Shown: positions 7,533 to 18,695, counted from the stretch's first letter. The stretch is DNA of 64,000 bases from Cyanobacteria bacterium P01_A01_bin.123 (GCA_039815185.1 JBCBZT010000005.1:1-64000), one strand, 5' to 3'. Notes: generated by a model not told the origin, from the sequence alone. A program made the numbers and translations.

Positions 7533-9710
7533 CTAGCTGGGTTGTTGAACAGGGAGCACTAGGGTAAAGGTTGTCCCTTCACCCAGCTCACTTTGCACCA
7601 TAATCTGACCGTGGTGCTTTTCTACAATGCCGTAGGAAATCGATAGCCCAAGCCCAGTGCCTTCGCCAATGGGCTTGGTGGTAAAAAACGGTTCAAACAG
7701 CCGTTTTCTAGCGGCCTCATCCATACCCATACCGGTATCTCGGATGGAAATCTCCACAGTATCAGCATTTTGTTGGCTTGTTATATAAATATCCCCTCTT
7801 TCGGGCATCGCTTGAATTGCATTTGTCAAGATATTCATAAACACTTGATTGAGTTTGCCCGGAAGACATTCTACGTCTGGTAGGGGGCTATAGTTTTTAT
7901 GCACTGTGATATGGGTCTTCAATTGATTTTTGAGTAGGGTCAGGGTTGAGTCAATACCCTCGTGGAGGTCTACCCGCTTAAAGCTGTCTTCATCCATCCG
8001 AGAAAAGTTACGCAGTCCGGTGACAATTGCTTGGGTGCGGGTCGCGCCTTCCTCAACCCCCTTGAGTAACCCTTCAACTTCTTCAAACAAAAAATCAACG
8101 TCGAGGGACTCAGCTTCAGTGTGGGCCTCGCTCAAGGTTGCCTTTGAGTCTGCAGCCTGGTAAATGGTGACCACCTGCTTGAGATCGTCAAAATCTAACC
8201 TTAGGGAGCCGATATTGGACGTAATAAAATTCACCGGGTTGTTAATCTCATGGGCAATGCCCGCTGTAAGTTGACCTAGGGAAGCTAACTTTTCGGCTTC
8301 GAGCAGCTGGGATTGAGTCGTTTGCAGCCGCGTTAAGGTGGTTTCGAGTTCCGTCGTTTTGCGGGTGAGCTGTTGGGTCCGCTCCACCACTTTTTCTTCT
8401 AAATCTTCTTTTGCGCGGACTTGGAGCTCTTCGTTCCGACGCAACTGTTCGATGACCCGCTGCTGGGCCGATTCTTTTTCTGTTTTCAACACGTTGATTC
8501 GATCGGCTAGACCCAGGGAAAATAACACCACTTCAATGGCAGAGCCCACATGAACGCTGTACTGAGTGAGCAGATTCTGGGGGATAATCCGCAAATCGGC
8601 TAGGTTAAACACAATCCCACCCAGGATAAATACGCCATTCGCAATCACAAAAAATAGAGCCGAGTGGTATCCCTTCCGATAGGCAATCACCCCACCCACA
8701 AGCATCAGCACTAAAATGCCATTCAGGGCAAACAGCCCAACAACAAAACCATAAAACCAGGCCGAGCTGAAGAAAAAGAGGCCAATACTGCAAAAGATCA
8801 AGCGACAAAGGTTTAGTGCCCTATGGATGCTTGGCGAGTAGCGTCGTGTATTTAGGAAACTTTGAGCAAACTGGACGAAGAAAATAACAAAGGGAAAACC
8901 GAAAACATTGGCGGCGATTTTGTTCCAATGGGGCGAGCCATAGGGCCAGACGTACTGGTAACCATAGCCAAAGAAGCTGACCCAGACCAGGGCGAAGAAA
9001 AACAGATATAGGGTGTAGTAGAGATAACTGAGATCGCGAACGGAAAAATAAATAAACAAGTTATACAACGCCATCACCAGCAGCCAGCCACAGTACAAAC
9101 CAATGCCAAAGTCCATATGGGTCAGGTGTGCGGCATTGTAGAGTTTACCCACAAAGTTGGGGCGTTGGGTCGTCAGTTTAGAGAAGTCGGTGGCGACTCG
9201 CATGATATAAGCCGTTTCTCCCTGGAGAGGGAGTTGCAAGACGGTGGTATTACTAAAGTTTTTAGTCACCGGGCGATCGCGCAACGGCACCAACATGCCC
9301 GTCTGCTGATGGAAGTCATTGGGGCCATAGGCATCAATAAAATCCCACTGCCCTAGATCGAGATAAGTCTGCTCAATGCTGACATCAGCAGGGGTGAGGA
9401 CGAGTTTGATCCAGTAGGTGTGGGTGCGGGTATCAATTGACTGCCCGAGGGTATAGCTTTCGAAGCGATCGCGGTAAGCCTCACTGAGAATGCTTTCAAC
9501 CGACAAGTTGCCTTCTGGGTCGGGCAAGACGGACAGCGTAGAAAGTTCAACGACCGCAGCATCGGTAACCGTTACGGATGGAAATTGGGGTTGGGCAATG
9601 GCCATCCAGGCCGGGTCTCCAACCATTGGGCCCTTTAAGCCACTCCCTGCCCACAGTAATAGCGTCAGACAGACAGACAGCAATAAACGCAGGGAATAGT
9701 TCATGGACAT
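7533..9710 (-). CDS. 7TMR-DISM sensor histidine kinase
   Basis: Signal peptide, extracellular DISM-like region (YWIKL), 7TM region (YNLFIYFSVRD..YLYY; EVVLFSLGLADR), HisKA AHEINNP, HATPase NQVFMNILTNA, DTGMG, PFFTTK, GTGLGL. Confidence 0.93.
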   Translation of the reverse strand: MSMNYSLRLLLSVCLTLLLWAGSGLKGPMVGDPAWMAIAQPQFPSVTVTDAAVVELSTLSVLPDPEGNLSVESILSEAYRDRFESYTLGQSIDTRTHTYWIKLVLTPADVSIEQTYLDLGQWDFIDAYGPNDFHQQTGMLVPLRDRPVTKNFSNTTVLQLPLQGETAYIMRVATDFSKLTTQRPNFVGKLYNAAHLTHMDFGIGLYCGWLLVMALYNLFIYFSVRDLSYLYYTLYLFFFALVWVSFFGYGYQYVWPYGSPHWNKIAANVFGFPFVIFFVQFAQSFLNTRRYSPSIHRALNLCRLIFCSIGLFFFSSAWFYGFVVGLFALNGILVLMLVGGVIAYRKGYHSALFFVIANGVFILGGIVFNLADLRIIPQNLLTQYSVHVGSAIEVVLFSLGLADRINVLKTEKESAQQRVIEQLRRNEELQVRAKEDLEEKVVERTQQLTRKTTELETTLTRLQTTQSQLLEAEKLASLGQLTAGIAHEINNPVNFITSNIGSLRLDFDDLKQVVTIYQAADSKATLSEAHTEAESLDVDFLFEEVEGLLKGVEEGATRTQAIVTGLRNFSRMDEDSFKRVDLHEGIDSTLTLLKNQLKTHITVHKNYSPLPDVECLPGKLNQVFMNILTNAIQAMPERGDIYITSQQNADTVEISIRDTGMGMDEAARKRLFEPFFTTKPIGEGTGLGLSISYGIVEKHHGQIMVQSELGEGTTFTLVLPVQQPS

Positions 9711-9773
9711 CGAAGATACCGGATCTTTAAGTTAAAAAATTAAATTAAACCCTGTCGTCCCAATCCGGAAAGA

Positions 9774-10481
9774 CTACGGGGTCAGATCAGCCGTTGGCAG
9801 CGACCTGGCGTCTTGTGGATCTGATGTCAAGGTTGGCACGACTTGATACAACAAGTAGAGATAAATGCCATCGAATAATGCTGTCAGAATGTACATCGTC
9901 GTTAAAAAGTGGATGTGGGGGTATTTCAAAAAAAAGCAAATACTGATCAGCCCCGTTCCTATGCCCTTGGCCCAGGCGATCGGTGTTGATAGCCCGTGAA
10001 AATTTGGTTTAAATGCCAAGCCGCAAAAATCGATAGACATAGCCAAATTAATCAAATATGCCGATATCACGGCCATCGGCATATCGAACCCTTCAGTCAT
10101 GAAAAAGCTGTGCCCTAAAATGCTGCCAATGAGGCCTATGGTCAACAGCACAGGCAGGTGTTTTTTCACATAGACCGCGCTGATTTGGGTGTGGCCGTAG
10201 CGAAACATTTGGGTCACGATAATGGCGTCAATCCCCATCCACAAGGCATAACCCAACACAAATAATTTGCCCATGTCGATGCCAGATCGAAAGAAAAATA
10301 CCGACGACACTTCCCAACCAAAGTTGAGGCAAACAGCCGCCAGGGGAATGGCCAAGGTCTGATAGCGGTGGTTCCGAATCACCGCCGCAATGTAGGCATA
10401 AGCCCACAGCAGTGCCCCAATCAAAAATAAAATGACTTCGGTCAGGGTGTAATTTTGCAGGTTAATCCAAGGTTGATCCAT
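9774..10481 (-). CDS. PaxB/Pyr4-like integral membrane protein (terpene cyclase-like)
   Basis: About 7 TM helices; WxxxY...IPLAAVCLNFGWE, WMGID, GLS..IAW.K..GT and FDGIY motifs resemble the PaxB/AtmB/Pyr4 family. Confidence 0.72.
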   Translation of the reverse strand: MDQPWINLQNYTLTEVILFLIGALLWAYAYIAAVIRNHRYQTLAIPLAAVCLNFGWEVSSVFFFRSGIDMGKLFVLGYALWMGIDAIIVTQMFRYGHTQISAVYVKKHLPVLLTIGLIGSILGHSFFMTEGFDMPMAVISAYLINLAMSIDFCGLAFKPNFHGLSTPIAWAKGIGTGLISICFFLKYPHIHFLTTMYILTALFDGIYLYLLYQVVPTLTSDPQDARSLPTADLTP

Positions 10482-10543
10482 CGAGGCTATCTCGCACAGT
10501 AACGAGGATAATAATAGCCTTAGCCCAATCCTTCAGGCATGAC

Positions 10544-10648
10544 TATAGCGCTGGCCAGATTGCTTAATTCACCTAGTCTCGCTGGGATGCTCAATACACA
10601 AGCAATCTGGCTCGCCGTAGCGCTCAAAGCTTTGTGGCTACGGCTATA
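10544..10648 (-). repeat. ~105-bp dispersed element, copy 2
   Basis: TATAGCGCTGGCCAGATTGC...AAAGCTTTGTGGCTACGGCTATA, reverse orientation relative to copy 1. Confidence 0.92.
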
Positions 10649-10829
10649 TCTCACCCGCGATCAGAATCGATACCACCAGGACTGGCAGTGAACCAAAGCG
10701 CTGAAGCGGCTTAAAATCCCCCACGCAGTTTTTTGGCGGGGAGCAAAGATAGATTTATGGTAAAGAGTATTGCTGTGGGCAGCTTTTGACTTCTAATTTC
10801 GGTTAATTTCTGACTGCTGCCCAGCTAGC

Positions 10830-11507
10830 TTACCAATCCCCAGAAACAATGGGGATCACCTGATTATCTTCCGTGACAACTTCAATCACAGGAGATTCGG
10901 CCTGTTCTTGACGGGGGAATTGGACGAATTGCACCCCTTGGGACGTCGGGATAACGCTGACCCGGTAGCGATCGCCCGTCCACTGAATCGCTTGGACTTG
11001 GTGATTCATCACCCAGAGTTCACCGATTTCACCGCTGTTAATGGCTGTCGGGATCGCATCTTCATAGCAGCCCCAAAGCTCGTCTTCAAGGGGTGATAAT
11101 CCAGATAAATGAAGCGGTTCTACCCGAGCACTCAAGCCATAGGTGGTGAAACTGATTACCTCGTGATCCCAAAACTTTTGAAACAGGCTTTGCAAGGGAT
11201 CAACATTGATAGCGCTTCCATAGCGGGGTGAAGCTTCTAACGCTTTCAACTGGTCAGACTCGTTGGGACGTTGCCAGCCTGAGGATTCAAAACAAATCGT
11301 GAAAACCAATGCTTCTGCCGTTTGCGACAAAAGCCGAGTCGTGGGTTCTAGCCCATGTCCCACGGACGTATCCGTAATCACAGATGTGGCTGAATGCCCC
11401 CATTGAGTGAGGTTGGCGGCTTCACCACAGGCAGCAACACCCAACAAGCCTAAAACCAAACCCACGAAACCTACCACTTGAGGCTGTTTGATCCCTACGA
11501 TATTCAT
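10830..11507 (-). CDS. Hypothetical protein, probable lipoprotein
   Basis: 225-aa ORF with a hydrophobic leader and lipobox-like VAAC. Confidence 0.75.
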   Translation of the reverse strand: MNIVGIKQPQVVGFVGLVLGLLGVAACGEAANLTQWGHSATSVITDTSVGHGLEPTTRLLSQTAEALVFTICFESSGWQRPNESDQLKALEASPRYGSAINVDPLQSLFQKFWDHEVISFTTYGLSARVEPLHLSGLSPLEDELWGCYEDAIPTAINSGEIGELWVMNHQVQAIQWTGDRYRVSVIPTSQGVQFVQFPRQEQAESPVIEVVTEDNQVIPIVSGDW

Positions 11508-12492
11508 TGCGATTGTGATTGTCCCTGATATAAAAGCTCACATGTGATGATGATTGACCGTTCAAAAACTGCGAAACTTTAGTTTTTGAGTTCAGTTTTT
11601 GGGTTCTGAATAGAGGAGAGAAATCGTTAACAGTAAAGGTTTCGATCAATCTACCTACTTTTAATAACACTCCCCCAAGGCATGTTTCAGGACACTACTC
11701 AAAGTTTTGCGCGGTTTACAGTTAATGACAGTGCAGATCTCTATGGAACTACAACATTTTCCATCCCTAGGGGATGTTGTTATCCGATTGTTCTCGTCAG
11801 CGAGCGCCAAAAATTTTGATTCAATTGCTGATGCTGCTTGGATCACATCAACCCATTCCTCACAGGCCAATAAAGGGAGCAAGGTAGGTCAACCCATTGT
11901 TTTAGGGGATTGTGCTGTCAACGAAATGATGACTCAACCCGACTGGGTCAGCTACCACTCGTTTGGACATGACTGCCTCAAACTACCTGAAATTCGCGAC
12001 GAATTTGTGGGTGAGCTAGCCAACTTGGCGATCATAAGCGCTGGGATCGTTCCAAGTCTGATGAGAATCAAAAAGTGCCTTAGGAATCTCCAATTTAGGA
12101 TTGAACCTAGCACTGCGAAAATCGGATAGAGACGATAAGCAATGTGCTCAATTTGACCTGATAGGGCAGCAGAGACGCTTGTCCCTAGGTCTTAAATCGA
12201 AAGCCGTTGTTCGACGCGGTCGGAACCCGCTAACTCCCCCATCTTGATCAAATAGATCGCAGCGTGAGATTACTTTGGCTCCAGACGTCTGCTTAGCATC
12301 TCTGACTAAATAGTAGCGGCTAAGCGTAAAAATGGCTTACTAAAACAATCAAAAGATTTGGCTTAAAAGGGTGGCGGCGGCGTGTTACGCCTAAGGGCAT
12401 GCGGGTATAGTCTGAGCAGAAATGATACAGGGTTCGACCAGGGAAAACCTGAGCAATTTGCAGCAGTGCGCTCAAAATATTAGCAATTGAGA

Positions 12493-13191
12493 TTATTGAT
12501 CTGCAGGCGGCAGATTAGGGTGATCAGACCCCGATAACATCTGGGATTTCATTGCCGCGAGCTGAGCATCAATATCGTTACCCCCCCCTTCCAGAGCGGC
12601 AAAGCGATCTTCTAGAGTGTCGGCACTTAGGTCTGCGATCGCGTCAGATTGGGCCTCCAGCGCATTGACCTTTTCTTCCATGCGCTCAAAAGCTGCGATC
12701 GCGTTGTTGGTACCCGTCTGCCCAATCATTTCATTGATTCGTTGAGATGCTTGGGCCGAGCGAGCCCGGGCAATATACATATCTTTTTTGGTACGCGCTT
12801 CGGCTAACTTCGCCTCTAAAGTTCGCATATTTTCTTTGAGCTTGGCCACGATCCCCTGTTGGTGATCAATCTGCGCTTTCATACCGCTGGCCGTCTCCAG
12901 ATAGGCTTTTCGACGGGTTAACGCTTCCCGAGCCAGGGCTTCTTCGCCTTTCTGGAGCGCTAACTGAGCGCGACCGTACCACTCCTGAACTTGTTTCTCC
13001 GCTTGGGAGTACTGGCGCTCGGTTCGTTTTTGGGTGGCGATCGCTTGGGCGACTGACTGACGCAACTCAATCAAATCATCCTGCATATCCGCCACAGCTT
13101 GCTCTAAAATCTTTTCCGGATCTTCAGCACCGCTGACCAGGCTATTAAAGTTGGCTCGAATCAAGCGTCCAATGCGATCAAGCAGTCCCAT
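12493..13191 (-). CDS. pspA: PspA/IM30 family protein
   Basis: MGLLDRIGRLIRAN..AEDPEKILEQ, LAREAL, AFERMEEKV; lacks the long Vipp1 C-terminal extension. Confidence 0.9.
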   Translation of the reverse strand: MGLLDRIGRLIRANFNSLVSGAEDPEKILEQAVADMQDDLIELRQSVAQAIATQKRTERQYSQAEKQVQEWYGRAQLALQKGEEALAREALTRRKAYLETASGMKAQIDHQQGIVAKLKENMRTLEAKLAEARTKKDMYIARARSAQASQRINEMIGQTGTNNAIAAFERMEEKVNALEAQSDAIADLSADTLEDRFAALEGGGNDIDAQLAAMKSQMLSGSDHPNLPPADQ

Positions 13192-13276
13192 TCACATATC
13201 TCCAGCAAGTCATCTGCCCTACTGCTTAGAGCATAGCAGGGGCAACCTGGGCTGAGTAGTTTTGGACAAACATCTT

Positions 13277-14767
13277 CTACTCACCTTGAACCCGTGCCGG
13301 AATTCCTTGATTTTGGAGTTCCTGAACCCGCTGTTGAGCTGCCTCTGGGGTATCATATGTGCCCAATTGAATCCGAGCCCCATCCGAATAGTTCCGCAAA
13401 TAGGCATCGCCAACAGCATTGCGTGCATCCTGCAGTGATTGATCCCCGGTGAAGTCAGTAATCACGTCATAAGCCCCACTGCCACTGCTTGCCGGAGCGC
13501 TGGGGCTGACTGGAGCTGCGGCTGGGCTAACCGTCGCACTACTCGATGATGGAAGACTCGCCGGACTCGGCTGAGACGCAGCGGGAGTAGGAGCAGGCGG
13601 CTGTGGCTGCGGCTGGGTTTGGGGCCGCGCCGCTGGCTGTGGAGCAGTGGCGGGTTGGGTGGCACTAGGTGCCGGCAATTGCCCCGTCGGGGCCGATTGG
13701 GGTTGATTTGCTGCACTGGCACTAGTCACCGGGGCTGGGGTACCGGGGGTGACAGGCGTAGCAGGAGAAGTCGTGGTGGCTGTACCGGGCGTGGAGAGCG
13801 TTGTTGCGGAAGAGGCTGTTGGTGTACTGGCCGGACTCAACACCGAGACACCCCGTTCAACTTCAATAGTGCTCAGATTTTCTAGGTTAAGTTCTCTAAA
13901 TTCTCGTTCAGACAAGTCTGGCCCTGCTCCTTGGAGGGGATCGCTACCAAAGAGCCTAGATTCGCCTTCTGGGCTTGGATTCAACTCTGCCGTTGCTTCT
14001 GAGTCAGCTGTAAATCGCTTAACGAGTGGAATCTGACCCAACACAGCAGGATTCGTCAAAACGTAGCCCAAGCTAGCACTCCCCACTAACACCGCTAAGA
14101 GTGCGCCGATGCCTAAGGGACTCGAGAGACCATCTGGCCAGAGCACCAGCGATCTAAAAGCAAATTTGGTTGAAGCAAATTTGGTTGGGCGTTGGGGGGA
14201 CGCAGACGGAGCCTGCTCTGTCAGGCTATTAATCAGCTCTTCAGAGGATGCCAGGTAAGCCTCTGGGGCAAAGCTGTGGGGAGACACCAGCGCTTGGGCC
14301 TCATCTTGATCAGTATTGCCAGCTTGAGCCTCCAAAGTCTCACGACTGTCAAGTTTAGAGAGCGCCATCGTACCGTCTGCCCGGGATCCATCGTGAGTGG
14401 ATGGTACAGGCTGAGTTCCTCCCCGGACATGATCACGTTGGCTTTGCTTAGCCAAAAAGGGATTGGGTGGAGGTGGGGGGGGGATGGCCACAGCACCCGA
14501 AATTTTTGCCTGGGGTGATGGGCTGGGGGCTGGCGGGACTCGCTTAGCCGGAATTGAAATCAGATCAACAGGCTTTTGCCGAACTTTCATCCGCAAGCGA
14601 CGGGGCGCGGTCGGCACCTGCCCCTGCCGTTGACGACGGTAGCGGTTGAGCTCTTCTTCCAAATTGACTGACAAACTCCCCAAGGCCTTACCTAAGGGCG
14701 CTTTAATGTCATTGCCAATATCTTCATGTAATGGCTCTGGTTGCTTAACCGAGACGGTTGATGTCAT
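13277..14767 (-). CDS. Conserved cyanobacterial membrane-anchored Pro/Ala/Thr-rich protein with C-terminal SPOR-like domain
   Basis: LEEELNRYRR, one TM segment, low-complexity linker, C-terminal IQLGTY....A...V..LQ.QGI. Confidence 0.8.
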   Translation of the reverse strand: MTSTVSVKQPEPLHEDIGNDIKAPLGKALGSLSVNLEEELNRYRRQRQGQVPTAPRRLRMKVRQKPVDLISIPAKRVPPAPSPSPQAKISGAVAIPPPPPPNPFLAKQSQRDHVRGGTQPVPSTHDGSRADGTMALSKLDSRETLEAQAGNTDQDEAQALVSPHSFAPEAYLASSEELINSLTEQAPSASPQRPTKFASTKFAFRSLVLWPDGLSSPLGIGALLAVLVGSASLGYVLTNPAVLGQIPLVKRFTADSEATAELNPSPEGESRLFGSDPLQGAGPDLSEREFRELNLENLSTIEVERGVSVLSPASTPTASSATTLSTPGTATTTSPATPVTPGTPAPVTSASAANQPQSAPTGQLPAPSATQPATAPQPAARPQTQPQPQPPAPTPAASQPSPASLPSSSSATVSPAAAPVSPSAPASSGSGAYDVITDFTGDQSLQDARNAVGDAYLRNYSDGARIQLGTYDTPEAAQQRVQELQNQGIPARVQGE

Positions 14768-15139
14768 GGAACCCAGTCCTCTAAACCGATATCATCGTTG
14801 TCTTAACTCGAAAGTTGGCACACCCTGCTGCTGAATGAACTAATGGAAGAGCCGATGGGGATAGGCTTTGGTCAGAATGCTGATTTTCTGGTTGAGTTTA
14901 CCGCAAAGTCAGAAAAATGCACGGATAATTCTGAGCAGATCTCTGGGAAGGTTACCAAACTTAAAGCAAGGCATCATGCCTAAGGCAGAACCCAGGCGTC
15001 AGGAGCTAGATTTTGATATACCAAGTCTGGATCTGGAGACTGGCTTACAGGGAAACTTCAGGTCTGGACTTGACTCAGTTGGACTTAAATCAGCCTGATG
15101 CCGGATCCTGCCATTCTGAATTCTTTCAAATCAGCCACC

Positions 15140-15715
15140 ATGACACTCCAATCAATTGATCAGGTTTTAACCCATACGTTGTCATCCCGGACGACTTGGC
15201 ACACCCATCAACAGTTTCAGCAGTTATTGGATTGTTGGGCCGACGTGGTTGGGACGGCGGTGGCTAACCATGCGCGACCGATTGGGATTAATCGGCGGGT
15301 CTTGCAGGTGGCGACGGCGAATCCCGCTTGGTCGCAAAGTTTGACCTTCGAGCGGCATCGAATTTTAGCGAAGCTATGCGATCGCATCGGGCTAGACCTC
15401 ACCGATATTCGATTCTCGCCGGGGCAATGGCTCACCGCAAATCGTCGAGATCAGCAGCGCACAGTAGAAACGGAGTTGTTGCGCCAGCACCCCAGTTTTG
15501 TCGCCATGGGGCCTGACCCAGACCCGGAAGTCCAGCCACAGCCGGGGACCAATAGCCATGATCCCGAAGGGGCTTACCAGCAGTGGGCAGCGTTCATCCA
15601 AACGCGATCGCAGCAATGTCCCCTCTGCCCTCAATGCCACTGCCCAACCCCCTTGGGAGAACTTCAGCGATGGTCGACGTGCGGAATTTGCGCCAGTCAT
15701 GGCTGGGGATCATAG
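15140..15715 (+). CDS. DUF721/DciA family Zn-ribbon protein
   Basis: WADVVG..VA.HARP..I...VLQVAT..PAWSQ.L; C-terminal CPQC..P..ELQRW..C..C. Confidence 0.85.
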   Translation: MTLQSIDQVLTHTLSSRTTWHTHQQFQQLLDCWADVVGTAVANHARPIGINRRVLQVATANPAWSQSLTFERHRILAKLCDRIGLDLTDIRFSPGQWLTANRRDQQRTVETELLRQHPSFVAMGPDPDPEVQPQPGTNSHDPEGAYQQWAAFIQTRSQQCPLCPQCHCPTPLGELQRWSTCGICASHGWGS

Positions 15716-16087
15716 AAAAACCTGCCTTTTAACCCTACCCATATCCAGTTCCCTAGCATTCCCAAGCTCAAGCGTGCTTTGCTTGAGCTAAAAACTCAAG
15801 GTTTGATGTCGTTCAACCTGCCCATTGTTGTTGTGGGGATCAATGGGATTGCATGGGGTTTGATTCTTCTGATCCCCGAATTATGTTTATTTTTCAGCGA
15901 TCGCTGGAGTCCACACATTTACTTCTATGACTAATTTTTGCAAGAAAATAAAGAAACCATAAAGATACTCCGGTATCCCGATCGACTTAAACGCCTTTAG
16001 GTGCAATGGTTTCCATTATATTTCTTTCAATAAGTGGATTTCCATCCTGTCACAGAATGACGATATGAATCGCCTTTGGATGTTTTT

Positions 16088-16351
16088 ATGAAACCCATAC
16101 AACTTGGAGCTTCTCGTTGCTGCCGCTGCCAATTTTATACGCCTGAAGGACGCAGAGGTGGAGCCTGTAGTCAACTTGGTGTTTCTGTTCATGGCTCTTG
16201 GAAAGCCTGTTCCTTGGCGATCCCACCTTTTTCAACTAGTTTGCCTGAGTTGACTCAGATTGATTTTTGGCCCAATGAATTTACAGTTTCTACCGAGAAG
16301 ATGCGATCTTTTGAAGCAGAGCTAGAAGAAACTTTTTCATCAAGTGTTTGA
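16088..16351 (+). CDS. Conserved cyanobacterial Cys-containing hypothetical protein
   Basis: CCRCQFYTPEGRRGGACSQLG...WKAC. Confidence 0.75.
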   Translation: MKPIQLGASRCCRCQFYTPEGRRGGACSQLGVSVHGSWKACSLAIPPFSTSLPELTQIDFWPNEFTVSTEKMRSFEAELEETFSSSV

Positions 16352-16452
16352 ATTGGCGTTTGAATTATTTAAGCTCATTTGAAAGTTGATCCCCAAAGTA
16401 TCGAGTGGGGCATTCTCGGAGATGTTGGAGTTAAGAAATATTAAACCCCCAC

Positions 16453-16483
16453 AAAATCCCTGGATGAAAATGCAGGGATTTTT
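16453..16483. terminator. Likely bidirectional terminator between convergent genes
   Basis: AAAATCCCTG-N10-CAGGGATTTTT. Confidence 0.6.
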
Positions 16484-16545
16484 GCTAAGCATGGGGATGG
16501 CTTAAGCCGTTATTCCGCACTTCTCCTGTCGTCACTTTTAATGAG

Positions 16546-17379
16546 TTAGGGTAGCCACGGATATTGACTGAAATCTGGCGATCGCTTTTCAAGGAAAGCT
16601 TGTTTCCCTTCTGCGCCTTCCTCGGTGAGGTAATACAGCAGCGTGGCGTTTCCAGCCAGTTCTTGGAGTCCGGCTTGGCCATCGCAGTCGGCGTTAAAGG
16701 CAGCTTTGAGACAGCGAATGGCAATCGGGCTTTTTTGTAAAATTTCCTGAGCCCACTGTATCCCTTCCGCTTCCAAGGTTTCGATCGGGACCACAGAATT
16801 GACTAAGCCCATCTCTAGTGCCTGGGCAGCTGTGTATTGACGACACAAAAACCAGATTTCCCGGGCCTTTTTTTGGCCCACGATGCGGGCCAGGTAGCTG
16901 GCTCCAAAACCGCCATCAAAACTGCCTACCTTAGGCCCGGTCTGGCCGAAAATGGCGTTATCTGCTGCGATGGTCAGATCACAAATGATATGCAGCACGT
17001 GTCCACCACCAATGGCGTAACCGGCGACTAACGCAATCACGACTTTGGGCATGGAGCGAATTAACCGTTGCAAATCAAGCACATTCAATCGCGGCACGCC
17101 AGCCTCATCCAAATACCCAGCTTTGCCCCGGACGCTTTGATCCCCACCGGCACAAAAGGCATACTTGCCGTCGGTGTGAGGCCCCGCGCCAGTCAATAAC
17201 ACTACGCCAATGGTGGTATCTTCGCGGGCGTCACAAAAAGCGTCATACAGCTCAAATATCGTTTTAGGTCGGAAGGCATTGCGTTTGTGGGGACGGTTGA
17301 TCGTAATTTTGGCAATGCCATCAGCTTTGTGATAAATGACATCTTCATAGGTTTTGGCAACCTGCCAGTCAATTTGCAT
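16546..17379 (-). CDS. menB: 1,4-dihydroxy-2-naphthoyl-CoA synthase
   Basis: [41 protein letters not shown]. Confidence 0.97.
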   Translation of the reverse strand: MQIDWQVAKTYEDVIYHKADGIAKITINRPHKRNAFRPKTIFELYDAFCDAREDTTIGVVLLTGAGPHTDGKYAFCAGGDQSVRGKAGYLDEAGVPRLNVLDLQRLIRSMPKVVIALVAGYAIGGGHVLHIICDLTIAADNAIFGQTGPKVGSFDGGFGASYLARIVGQKKAREIWFLCRQYTAAQALEMGLVNSVVPIETLEAEGIQWAQEILQKSPIAIRCLKAAFNADCDGQAGLQELAGNATLLYYLTEEGAEGKQAFLEKRSPDFSQYPWLP

Positions 17380-17549
17380 AGCGATAGTGGATCCCTTACC
17401 AGCGCCTTAATCCTAAGCCTTAGCGGAAACATTAAGAAGCCTTTTGGAACCCTTCAAAAGCATTGAAGGCTACTGCACAATACATGGGGGGGCGATTGCT
17501 GAAATAATATTCCTCAAAATATTTCTCCAAACAGCATTTCCAAATCACT

Positions 17550-18155
17550 ATGGCTTATTACTGGTTCAAAGCATTTCATGTCGTTGGTGTGGTGGTGTGG
17601 TTCGCAGGCTTGTTCTACTTAGTGCGCCTGTTTATTTACCACGCTGAGGCCGCCGCTGAACCTGAACCAGCCCGCAGCATCTTAAAAAATCAGTATGCAC
17701 TGATGGAAAAACGGCTGTTTAATATCATCACCACCCCTGGCATGGTGGTGACGGTATTAATGGCCATTGGTCTCTTAGCTCAAGAACCCGCTGTGCTCCA
17801 TGACGGTTGGCTCCATGCCAAGTTGGGGTTTGTAGCGCTGTTGCTGGCCTATCACGTTTACTGCAAACGGCTGATGAAACAACTAGCTGCAGATACCTGC
17901 CAGTGGTCAGGACAGCAACTCCGGGCCTTGAATGAAGCACCAACACTGCTGCTGGTGGTGATTGTGATGCTGGCCATTTTCAAAAATAGCTTCCCGACCA
18001 GCGCGACAACCTGGTTGATGGTGGCCTTGGTGGTGTTTATGGCCGCCTCGATTCAGCTCTATGCGAAGAAGCGTAAGCGCGACAAAGAAAGGCAGGTAGC
18101 TGAAGCCGCTGAAACTTTAAAGACCAATCCGGAACAGGCCCTGCAAAATTCCTAG
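17550..18155 (+). CDS. hemJ: Protoporphyrinogen oxidase HemJ
   Basis: WFKAFHVVGVVVWFAGLFYLVRLFIYH, MEKRL, WLHAKL, NEAPT. Confidence 0.95.
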   Translation: MAYYWFKAFHVVGVVVWFAGLFYLVRLFIYHAEAAAEPEPARSILKNQYALMEKRLFNIITTPGMVVTVLMAIGLLAQEPAVLHDGWLHAKLGFVALLLAYHVYCKRLMKQLAADTCQWSGQQLRALNEAPTLLLVVIVMLAIFKNSFPTSATTWLMVALVVFMAASIQLYAKKRKRDKERQVAEAAETLKTNPEQALQNS

Positions 18156-18441
18156 ACGGGTGGTTCGATGGTCATATACCCCTGGCTACGCTGCTGGGGT
18201 TGCCTGCTTAGGGCATGGGAACCAACACGAAAAATTATTAACCAGGCAATTGCTTAGCAAGCCTCACAGATGGCTGTTTCCCGCTGCTGCCAATCAGTTC
18301 ACCTGAAGAAATTCAGTGGAAAACGCTGTGTTGACCCAACGCAACCCAAAGAAAGGTTGCATAGCTTTGAAAAGATAATTAACATTATGTGTATGGAGCT
18401 TGACTCTATGGCAAAAATTTGTAGCTAGCGAGGTTATCGAC

Positions 18442-18585
18442 ATGGCTCAGGAAGATCAAAAGTTTGGGTTTACCCAGTTTGCCGAAAACTGGAACGGCCG
18501 CTTGGCAATGTTGGGCTTTATCATTGGCTTGGCGACTGAGTTTATGACTGGTCATGGAATTTTGTCTCAGCTGGGTTTGATGTAG
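18442..18585 (+). CDS. High-light-inducible protein (HLIP), 47 aa
   Basis: FGFTQFAENWNGRLAMLGF chlorophyll-binding motif; GAGG RBS before ATG 18442. Confidence 0.95.
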   Translation: MAQEDQKFGFTQFAENWNGRLAMLGFIIGLATEFMTGHGILSQLGLM

Positions 18586-18695
18586 TTGCTTGGGCAGGGT
18601 TTCACTCGGTTTGACGGTATCTTCGTTGAATGCAGCCCTGTCCTAGCCTGCTGGTTGACTCATTTCCATCGTTAGAAGATTGAGGGATGGGCGGA

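Noticed and set aside
11520..12490. ORFs 11422-11670, 11661-11882 and 11707-12129, and a GGTTCGA near 12430 suggesting a tRNA
   Set aside because: The ORFs overlap on opposite strands and have no recognisable motifs; no cloverleaf could be built around the GGTTCGA; left unannotated
12493..13191. Calling this gene vipp1
   Set aside because: It is 232 aa and lacks the Vipp1 C-terminal extension; PspA fits better
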